From the NCBI GenBank assembly GCA_044426045.1, contig JAWXUX010000007.1, positions 26,318 through 90,317 on the forward strand: a stretch of DNA of 64,000 bases, written 5' to 3'. Within the stretch, counting starts at the first letter, position 1. Every line of letters begins with the position of its first letter. The notes under the pieces are model-generated. The model ran no database searches. It was not told the DNA's origin and saw only the letters and a list, made by a program, of their open reading frames with translations. Origin of the DNA: Bacillota bacterium. GTDB lineage: Bacteria; Bacillota; Clostridia; Christensenellales; CAMQZB01. Made by a program: the position numbers and the translations under genes. This document shows, one piece after another, positions 1 through 7,258 of this stretch.

Positions 1-274
1 AAGGTCGAAAACTTCCGTGGTACCACCCAAATAAGTTCCGAAGAACCCACTCTGCGACAGGCGTTTCAGCATTGCTGAAATATCTATCAACTGAACTAAC
101 GTGTCAGAAACGTCTGAGCCTACTTGCGAGGAGGTATGTCCCCATTGCTTTTGGTCAGCAACTCCAAGATGTTCTTCACAAGTTCTTCCACGCAACATTT
201 CCACCGACAGTTGCTCTCTGCAGTTTTCAAACTGGCTACTCTTCTTTTCATCGTCATTTTATAGTTATTCTATT
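1..274 (-). promoter_or_regulatory. T-box riboswitch leader (partial; antiterminator/terminator and regulated gene lie beyond the left edge)
   Basis: Read on the minus strand: GA/K-turn plus AGAGTA (232-260), AG bulge CAGAGAG (214-220), distal loop GGTGGAAA (198-205), T-box sequence TGGGTGGTACCACGG (15-29). A consensus promoter lies just upstream. ORF 72..317(+) is therefore spurious. Confidence 0.75.
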
Positions 275-280
275 ACTTAA

Positions 281-309
281 ATTATATAAAGTTTTTCTTA
301 TAATGTCAA
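281..309 (-). promoter_or_regulatory. sigma-70-type promoter of the T-box leader
   Basis: Minus strand TTGACA (304-309), 17-nt spacer, TATAAT (281-286). Confidence 0.6.
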
Positions 310-348
310 TCAAATAATAGCAGTTTGCACCATTTTACGCCTTTTATT

Positions 349-376
349 CAAAAAACGTGCGAAAAAATCGCACGTT
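349..376 (-). terminator. rho-independent terminator (T-runs on both strands)
   Basis: Perfect 8-bp stem ACGTGCGA/TCGCACGT (355-375) with a 5-nt loop, flanked by an A-run and a T-run. Lies just after the stop of the 405..620 gene. Confidence 0.7.
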
Positions 377-404
377 TTGGGTTTTGTTTTTTGTTATTGT
401 TTTA

Positions 405-620
405 TCACGCAAACTCGTCGTATTCTTCGATGGTTTTTTCCATTTCTTTTATTCTGTCTCGGAATATTTTTTTGTTTGTGTTGAATATTTTTTTTGCTTG
501 AATTTTTTCCTCACCAGAAAGGAGTTTTATCCTTTTGAGTTCGGTTTTTTCACGCAAGATGTTTTCTTGTATCAGTTTTTGCAACTCTTCTCTCAGGTTG
601 CCGGTTTCGGGGTCTATCAT
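405..620 (-). CDS. small hypothetical protein, charged/coiled-coil-like (71 aa)
   Basis: ATG begins 3 nt after the stop of the upstream YhcH-family gene and a terminator follows. No recognisable domain. Confidence 0.5.
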   Translation of the reverse strand: MIDPETGNLREELQKLIQENILREKTELKRIKLLSGEEKIQAKKIFNTNKKIFRDRIKEMEKTIEEYDEFA

Positions 621-623
621 ATC

Positions 624-1055
624 TTACAAAATCTCCAGTGGCACTTTCACAACAACTTTTCTCACAAATCCGCCGTCGCCGATTTTTGGGCGGTGGTAGT
701 CTTGTGGCCAAACCATAACAAATTCGCCACCGTTTAGTGTGATGTATCTATCTTCAGTTTCAAGATAATAAATATCTTTCACGTCGTTATATTCAGTTGC
801 TGAACTCGCTTCATAGGCATATCCAAAAGTTTCAACGCCTTCGAGGATTGCTTGGATGTCAACATATTTTTTGTGCGCTTCCATTTTGCAATCTGCTTTA
901 TCTTTAGTTGTGTATTCTTGAACAAGTGCAAAAATACCGTCTTCAAATTCATGTCTGCCAACTTCAAGTTTTTCAGAAACAATAGTTTCCATAACTTTCA
1001 CAACTGATGCAGGAAGATTGTAGGTTTTGATGTTTTCAATTCTGTCGTAAATCAT
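624..1055 (-). CDS. YhcH/YjgK/YiaL (EbgC-like) family protein
   Basis: Sequence MIYDRIENIKTYNLP...KMEAHKKYVDIQ...VMVWPQDYHRP is typical of the family. ATG at 1055 is preceded by AAGGAG. The longer tracked ORF (to 1166, GTG) merely translates the heptad repeat. Confidence 0.8.
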   Translation of the reverse strand: MIYDRIENIKTYNLPASVVKVMETIVSEKLEVGRHEFEDGIFALVQEYTTKDKADCKMEAHKKYVDIQAILEGVETFGYAYEASSATEYNDVKDIYYLETEDRYITLNGGEFVMVWPQDYHRPKIGDGGFVRKVVVKVPLEIL

Positions 1056-1122
1056 TTTGTATCTCCTTATCATTTTTAGTGTGGGAGAACTGTTTTGTTC
1101 TCTCGTTTGGTCTTTAAAAAAT

Positions 1123-1318
1123 AAGTGAAAAGTGAAAAGTGAAAAGTGAAAAGTTTGGTCTTGCACTCGCTCGCTCGTGCTTTCAATTTTAAGTTTTTAA
1201 CTAAAATACAATATCTCACATTCTAGCGTTTGGCTTATTGCCAACTTAAATTGGTTGCATGAGGCGAAGCCGAATGCCATACCACACTTTTCACTTTTCA
1301 CTTTTCACTTTTTACTTT
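1123..1318. repeat. heptad-armed long hairpin element, copy A
   Basis: Left arm (GTGAAAA)x4 plus GCACTCGCTCGCTCGTGC. Right arm GCATGAGGCGAAGCCGAATGC plus (TTTTCAC)x4, which is the complement. About 75-nt loop. Lies between kdgK and the YhcH-family gene. Confidence 0.8.
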
Positions 1319-1363
1319 TAAATGCTTTTAGCTTTTAAAAACATTAATAATTCATTAAATAAC

Positions 1364-2386
1364 TTATCTTTGAACTCTACCAGAACCGTCTCCGCCTGCA
1401 AGAGTTTTAACTTCGCCAACTGAAACTCTGTTGAAGTCGCCTTCTACTGAATGTTTGAGTGCTGAAGCTGCAACTGCGAATTCGATTGCATCTTGAGTGC
1501 TGTAATCGTTCAAAAGTGCGTAGATAAGACCACCACCGAAGCTGTCGCCACCGCCAACACGGTCAACGATTTTAAGGTTGTATTCTTTAGAGAAACATGC
1601 TTCTTTACCATCGTAAAGCATACCAGCCCAGTTGTTTTCTGAAGCTGAGATTGAAGTTCTCAAAGTGATTGCAACTTTTTCACAACCAAATCTTTCAACA
1701 AGTTGTTTTGCAACGTCGATATAACCTTCATGGTTAAGTGCGCCACTTTCAACGTCTGTGCCTGATGCTTTGATTCCGAATACTTTATCAGCATCTTCTT
1801 CGTTTGCGATACAAACATCAACATATTTTGTGAGTTCGCTCATGCATTTGCCAGCTTCTTCGCTTGTCCAAAGTTTTTTTCTGAAGTTAAGGTCACAAGA
1901 AATTTTAACGCCTTTTTCTTTAGCTTTTTTACAAGCTTCAAGACAAATTCCTGCAACTGTTGGGTTCAAGGCTGGTGTGATACCAGTGAAGTGGAACCAT
2001 GTTGCGCCTTCAAAGATTGCATCCCAGTCGAAATCTTCTGGTTGTGCTGTCCAGATTGAAGAACCAGCTCTGTCATAAATTACGTTTGAAGCACGTTGGC
2101 TTGCACCTTTTTCAAGGAAGTAGATACCAACTCTGTCGCCACCACGTGCGATGTGTTTAGTTTCTACGCCATATTTTCTAACTTCGTTGATTGCACATTG
2201 ACCAATGTCGTGTGCTGGAAGTTTAGTTACGAAACTAGCGTCGATACCGTAGTTAGCAAGTGAAACAGCTACGTTAGCTTCACCGCCACCGTATGTAGCT
2301 TGCATTTGATCTCCACATTGTGAAAATCTCAAGTATCCGTTTGGTGCTAGTCTTAGCATGATTTCTCCAAATGTTACAACTTTCAT
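1364..2386 (-). CDS. kdgK: 2-dehydro-3-deoxygluconokinase (PfkB family)
   Basis: MKVVTFGEIMLRLAP...GGGDSFGGGLIYAL; GGAGG RBS; adjacent to eda. Confidence 0.9.
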   Translation of the reverse strand: MKVVTFGEIMLRLAPNGYLRFSQCGDQMQATYGGGEANVAVSLANYGIDASFVTKLPAHDIGQCAINEVRKYGVETKHIARGGDRVGIYFLEKGASQRASNVIYDRAGSSIWTAQPEDFDWDAIFEGATWFHFTGITPALNPTVAGICLEACKKAKEKGVKISCDLNFRKKLWTSEEAGKCMSELTKYVDVCIANEEDADKVFGIKASGTDVESGALNHEGYIDVAKQLVERFGCEKVAITLRTSISASENNWAGMLYDGKEACFSKEYNLKIVDRVGGGDSFGGGLIYALLNDYSTQDAIEFAVAASALKHSVEGDFNRVSVGEVKTLAGGDGSGRVQR

Positions 2387-2494
2387 TATATAATACCTCC
2401 GAGTATTCTCTTTTTTTACGCAATTTTCTTGCGTGTTATTCTTTTTTTGGTTTTTATTGTCTAAATTTGAAATTTAGATGTTTTTAAAGTTCCC

Positions 2495-3103
2495 TTAATT
2501 GCTGAAGTTTCCTTCTTTCACGATGTTTCCGATTTCTGCACATTTAGCTTCGATATCGCCTTTCATCATCCATGAACCGCCAACAGCGTGGATTTTGTCC
2601 CAAGCAAGATATTCAGCCAAATTTGACGCGTCAACGCCACCAGTTGGGATGAATTTGATTTGTGGGAATGGGCCTGCAAGACCTTGCATAGCTTTGAGTC
2701 CGCCATAAACGTTTGCTGGGAAGAATTTGATAATTTTTAGACCAGCGTTGATAGCCATCATGATTTCAGTTGGTGTTACGCAACCTGGGAAATATGGGAT
2801 ATCGTGTTTTTGACAAACCGCGCAAACTTCGTCTGAAAAACCAGGGCCAACGATGAATTTTGAACCTGCTGCGATAGCTTCTTCACATTGTGCTGCGTTG
2901 ATGATTGTTCCAGCGCCGATAAGCATTTCTGGGAATTCTTTGCAACCAAGTTCGATTGCATCTCTTGCGCAAGCTGTTCTGAAAGTGATTTCCGCGATTG
3001 GAAGACCACCTGCGATCATTTTTGATAGTGTTGGGATAGTTTCTTCAATGCTGTTTAGTACAACAACTGGAACTACTCTTTTTTCGTCAACTAGTTTCAT
3101 CAT
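2495..3103 (-). CDS. eda: KDPG / 4-hydroxy-2-oxoglutarate aldolase
   Basis: VVPVVVLNSIEE...LPIAEITFRT...GAGTI...KFFPA are the typical Eda motifs. Confidence 0.9.
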   Translation of the reverse strand: MMKLVDEKRVVPVVVLNSIEETIPTLSKMIAGGLPIAEITFRTACARDAIELGCKEFPEMLIGAGTIINAAQCEEAIAAGSKFIVGPGFSDEVCAVCQKHDIPYFPGCVTPTEIMMAINAGLKIIKFFPANVYGGLKAMQGLAGPFPQIKFIPTGGVDASNLAEYLAWDKIHAVGGSWMMKGDIEAKCAEIGNIVKEGNFSN

Positions 3104-3105
3104 AA

Positions 3106-4335
3106 TTATTTTCTCCTCAAATATAGATGTTGTGGCAAGCCGTCAACCATGATTGGTGTGAGTTCAGCTTGGATGAGTGGTTTAACATAGCTCAAGAAAT
3201 CTTGAGTCACATAGTCTTTAGTTTCATTTAGCCATTCGATTGGAACTGTTTTTTCAAAGTTCGCAATTTGACCGATATCAACGAGTCCAGTTGTGCATTG
3301 GTATGGATCATTAGAAATTCTAACGAGTGTAACCATTTTGCCACTGATTCCTTCCATTGCAGCTTTAACGCCAGCACCACCAACTTGGTAGGCTTCTGTT
3401 ACGTCCACGCGTGAAGAAAGGTGAGATGCACATCTTTGAAGTGTTGAAAATTCGATTGCTCTTGTTTTGCAACCAATTCTTCTTGCACAAAGGTTAGCAA
3501 GATATCTTGATGTACCTGTGAGTGATTTGTGACCGAATGCATCAACGAATTGTTCGTTATCTGTGAGTTCAGAAACATATGTGCCGTCAGCTGTTTTCAC
3601 ACCTTCAGAAACTGCAACAACAACTGAAAGTTTTTCTTGTTGAAGTTTATCAACTTTCGCGATGAATTCTTCAACGTCGAATGGAACTTCTGGGATATAG
3701 ATAAGGTCAATACCTTCGCAATCATCACCTTTTGAAAGTGCTGTTGCGCCAGTTAGCCAACCTGCGTTTCTACCCATAACTTCAAGAATTGTCACTTGTT
3801 TTGTGCCGTAAACTAGTCCGTCACGAATGATTTCTTTTGTCATCGCACCGATATATTTTGCCGCAGAACCAAAACCTGGAGTGTGGTCTGTTAGCATCAA
3901 ATCGTTGTCGATTGTTTTTGGAATACCAATGAATTTGATATCGCTGTTAACTGTTTTTCCATAGTTATACAATTTGTTGATTGTATCCATTGAATCGTTA
4001 CCACCGATATAGAAGAATGCACCGATATCAAGTTTTTCGAAAATTTCGAAAAGTTTTACATATTCATCAGTTGAATCTTCAGCATTTTTAAGTCTGTATC
4101 TGCATGAACCAAGATAAGAACTTGGAGTTCTTTTCAAAAGTTCAATGTGTAGACTACTGTTGATGTGTTCTTTCAAGTCAACGTATTCATCTTTGAGCAA
4201 ACCTTGAATACCATTCACCATACCGTAGATTTTTTCTACACCTCTGTCTTTTGCTGATTGAAATACACCAGCAAGGCTTGAATTGATTACCGCTGTTGGT
4301 CCACCACTTTGGCCAACGATGATATTTTTCCCCAT
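3106..4335 (-). CDS. pfkA: 6-phosphofructokinase, long PfkA-family form with PPi-type signature residues
   Basis: GQSGGPTAVINSS, IGGNDS, PKTIDNDL, MGRNAGW; AAGGAG RBS. Confidence 0.9.
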   Translation of the reverse strand: MGKNIIVGQSGGPTAVINSSLAGVFQSAKDRGVEKIYGMVNGIQGLLKDEYVDLKEHINSSLHIELLKRTPSSYLGSCRYRLKNAEDSTDEYVKLFEIFEKLDIGAFFYIGGNDSMDTINKLYNYGKTVNSDIKFIGIPKTIDNDLMLTDHTPGFGSAAKYIGAMTKEIIRDGLVYGTKQVTILEVMGRNAGWLTGATALSKGDDCEGIDLIYIPEVPFDVEEFIAKVDKLQQEKLSVVVAVSEGVKTADGTYVSELTDNEQFVDAFGHKSLTGTSRYLANLCARRIGCKTRAIEFSTLQRCASHLSSRVDVTEAYQVGGAGVKAAMEGISGKMVTLVRISNDPYQCTTGLVDIGQIANFEKTVPIEWLNETKDYVTQDFLSYVKPLIQAELTPIMVDGLPQHLYLRRK

Positions 4336-4429
4336 ACAAGTTCTCCTTGATCTTTTATTTTACAATCGCAAATATTATTTTTGCAATCGCAATTATTTTA
4401 AAACCCCCATGATTTTAAAATATATTCAA

Positions 4430-5869
4430 TTAAACTGCAGACACCGCTTCTTCACTTTCCATTTCTTTATCTTCCGTGCTTTGATTTTCATCATTGCCAC
4501 CGCCGATAAGACCATATTTCTTTTTCACCTTACGCAAGCAAATAAGCCCGATTGTGAGAGATATGCAACCAATACCACCGTTTGAAAGTAGCATTGAGAT
4601 ACCAACCGCTTCCGCACCGAATGTTGTGAAGTTGATAAGAATATAAAGTGATGGAATTCTCAAACAGAAAAGTCTGAAAATATTCAAAACAAATGTCATT
4701 TTTGTGTAGCCAAAACCGAGAAGGAAACCGATAACGGCTGAGTTCACACCAAGACCCAAAACACCCCATCTTTCATATTTGAAGATAGAATAGATTGTTT
4801 CATAAAATTCTGGGTCAGAGCCGGCATAGTGACCGACAAGTTGATTCATCCAGATTGTGTAAACAAGCATACCGATAAATGAAACCACAACGTTGAAGGC
4901 GAGGATGATATAAAATACATTAACCGCTCTTCTTGGGTTGTTATTACCGAGGTTTTGACTTATGATAACAGAAATTGTTTCTTCCGTGCTTTCTGTTATT
5001 GTTGTTGTTGCCGCGCCGAGGTTGTTTGAAACGCTCATTGAGCCAACAACTGTGTCACCGAGGTCTGCCGCTATCGCATTTGAGATAACTTTACCTGATG
5101 TGAACACAAATTTACTAACAAATATTGGCCAAACAATTTTGAAATAGCTTTTTACATCGTCTTTTCTGAACTCAACTTGTTTGCGTTCGAATTTATATGT
5201 ATAGTCTTTTCTTCCAAGTTTATAGATAACAAAAATGAAGAAGAAGATGTTTGGAACCAATGTTGCAAGTGCAACGGAAATAATTTCCGCGTGAATTTCC
5301 AAGAATATTATTGTCAAAATGATTTTTGTGACAATAAGTACAAAGTTTATTGTGAATATTTTTGTTGTCGCACCACGCGATTTTTCAAACGATAGATATA
5401 TCGCATTGAAAATACCAATACCAAGCGTGATCATTTGAACTGCGAAATATTGTCCGCTGATTTCAATGATACTTTCTGGCACATTGCAAAACGCCATGAT
5501 AGCTTCAGACAAAAATAGTCCAGTACAACACAATAAAATGCATGCACCAAGTGCAAACACCAAAATCATGCGTGAAAGTCTTTTAGCTTTTTCGAAATCG
5601 TTAGCACCAATTGCCCTTGCGAGTATGATAGTTGCGGCTATTGAAAGCCCTTGACTCACAGAGTTTGCTGTGTTTTTGATTTGGTTAGTCGTTGCAACGG
5701 CTGAAACCGCAAGAGAACTTATGTCCGCAACCAATGTCAAATCGACAAGGTTATACATAAAGTTCATGATGTTCATCAAAATCATTGGTGAGGCGATAAC
5801 AAAAATAACATACCATAATTTCCCCGTGAGCATAAAGTGTCTTCTTTCTGCATCGTTCATTTTTGGCAT
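4430..5869 (-). CDS. MATE family efflux transporter
   Basis: Twelve-TM profile with a MATE-type N-terminus (LTGKLWYVIFVIASPMILMNIMNFMYNLVD). Acidic C-terminal tail. Confidence 0.85.
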   Translation of the reverse strand: MPKMNDAERRHFMLTGKLWYVIFVIASPMILMNIMNFMYNLVDLTLVADISSLAVSAVATTNQIKNTANSVSQGLSIAATIILARAIGANDFEKAKRLSRMILVFALGACILLCCTGLFLSEAIMAFCNVPESIIEISGQYFAVQMITLGIGIFNAIYLSFEKSRGATTKIFTINFVLIVTKIILTIIFLEIHAEIISVALATLVPNIFFFIFVIYKLGRKDYTYKFERKQVEFRKDDVKSYFKIVWPIFVSKFVFTSGKVISNAIAADLGDTVVGSMSVSNNLGAATTTITESTEETISVIISQNLGNNNPRRAVNVFYIILAFNVVVSFIGMLVYTIWMNQLVGHYAGSDPEFYETIYSIFKYERWGVLGLGVNSAVIGFLLGFGYTKMTFVLNIFRLFCLRIPSLYILINFTTFGAEAVGISMLLSNGGIGCISLTIGLICLRKVKKKYGLIGGGNDENQSTEDKEMESEEAVSAV

Positions 5870-6060
5870 AATTTTTTAATCTCCCTTCCTATTAAAATAA
5901 TAGAATTAATTGCATTAATATGACTTTCAAAAATATTAAATTTTTGCTTGATTCCTTTTAATTATTATCGTAAGAAATCAAGCTCAAATTTATTTATTAA
6001 TTTTTAAAAGTGTTTTTAAGTTTTTAGTTTGTTTTTGTTTAGTTTGGTTTGGATTTGTTA

Positions 6061-6819
6061 TTACAACAAGTCTTGACCACCGTTAACTTGAACAACTTCA
6101 CCAGTCATGAATGAAGCTTTTTCGCTTACTAGGAAGCCGATAACGTTTGCAACTTCTGATGCTTGACCAAGTCTTTTCAAAAGAATGTTGTTTTTCCATG
6201 ATTCGAACAATGGAAGGTTTGTTTGTTTGATAGCAGCGTGGAAAGGAGTATCAATTGTTCCTGGAGCAACTGCGTTAACTCTGATTCCGTATTCAGCAAG
6301 GTCTTTTGCAAGAGCTCTTGTCAAAAGGATGATTGCACCTTTAGATACGCCGTAGATACCAGCTCCTGGGCCACCTGCATTCCAACCTGCGTTAGAAGAG
6401 AAGTTGATGATGCTTGCGCCTGATGCTGCTTCTGATTTTTTAAGGAATGGGATTGCTGTTCTTGATACGAAGTATGCGCTGTCAAGGTTCAAAGCCATAA
6501 CTTTTCTGTAGAATTCAGTAGTCATATCTTCAAATCTAGATCTGCCACCAAGTCCACCAGCGTTGTTAACAACAACGTCGAAGTGTCCGTATTTTTCACC
6601 GATAGCTGTCACGTTTGCAACAACTTCTTCTTCAGAACAAACGTCGAAGTGATAGTATTCACATTCGATATCCATTGCTTTTAGTTCAGCAATAGTTTCT
6701 GCTGCTTGTTCGTCGTCGATACCGTTAAGGATAACTGTGTAACCTTGTGAACCGAGTTCTTTTGCTGTTGCTTTACCGATACCGCCAGTACCGCCTGTGA
6801 TAAATGCGATTTTTTTCAT
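6061..6819 (-). CDS. SDR family oxidoreductase (KduD / DEH-reductase-like by context)
   Basis: TGGTGGIGKA, NNAG and YGVSKGA motifs; AAGGAG RBS. Confidence 0.85.
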   Translation of the reverse strand: MKKIAFITGGTGGIGKATAKELGSQGYTVILNGIDDEQAAETIAELKAMDIECEYYHFDVCSEEEVVANVTAIGEKYGHFDVVVNNAGGLGGRSRFEDMTTEFYRKVMALNLDSAYFVSRTAIPFLKKSEAASGASIINFSSNAGWNAGGPGAGIYGVSKGAIILLTRALAKDLAEYGIRVNAVAPGTIDTPFHAAIKQTNLPLFESWKNNILLKRLGQASEVANVIGFLVSEKASFMTGEVVQVNGGQDLL

Positions 6820-6917
6820 AATATATATCTCCTTGTCTTATAAAAATATTTTCTTGTTTTGTTTGCAAGTTTTCGCTTGCGTTTTTTTCACTTGCAAGTT
6901 TTCACTCGCTAGTTTTC

Positions 6918-7247
6918 TTAGTCTAGGAAATCTTCTCTTGCTGGAGCGAAGATGTCTAGGATAACTGCTTTTTCGATACAAACGCCGCCGTGAATGATGT
7001 GTGGTTGTTTGCAAGTTGAATCCCCAGGGCCCATGATTTTCTTTTGGTCGCCAATTTCAAATTCCATTTTGCCAGATACAACGTATGAACATTGATCGTG
7101 GAAATGTTCGTGAAGTGCGCCAACTGCACCAACTTCAAATGTTAGTTCGCAAACCATCAAATTGTCGTTGTGTGCGATAACTTTTCTAGTTACGCCTGGT
7201 GCTACTGTTTTTGCAGGTATTTCACTGTTCACAAAATAGTTTTGCAT
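6918..7247 (-). CDS. kdgF: cupin, KdgF-like (unsaturated uronate processing)
   Basis: 109 aa. Cupin metal motif GALHEHFHDQ...HGG and a C-terminal LDIFAPAREDFL as I recall for KdgF. Sits between the lyase-like genes and the SDR. Confidence 0.65.
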   Translation of the reverse strand: MQNYFVNSEIPAKTVAPGVTRKVIAHNDNLMVCELTFEVGAVGALHEHFHDQCSYVVSGKMEFEIGDQKKIMGPGDSTCKQPHIIHGGVCIEKAVILDIFAPAREDFLD

Positions 7248-7258
7248 AATATATCTCC

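Noticed and set aside
72-737. Tracked plus-strand ORFs 72..317 and 357..737
   Set aside because: They overlap the minus-strand T-box leader/promoter, a terminator hairpin and real minus-strand genes. They have no RBS and low-complexity F/L-rich translations.
1056-1166. N-terminal extension of the YhcH-family ORF (MQDQTFHFSLFTFHLFF...), and likewise ORF 25487..25801
   Set aside because: The FHF/FTF peptides are simply translations of the GTGAAAA / GGTGAAA heptad repeat arms. A proper ATG with AAGGAG lies downstream at 1055.
6840-6917. Tandem GCAAGTTTTC(G/A)CT motifs between the cupin and SDR genes, containing GTGAAAA and GCGAGTG on the minus strand
   Set aside because: Possibly a degenerate fragment of the heptad-hairpin family. 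I could not build a convincing two-armed structure or find the full GC box, so it is not called.
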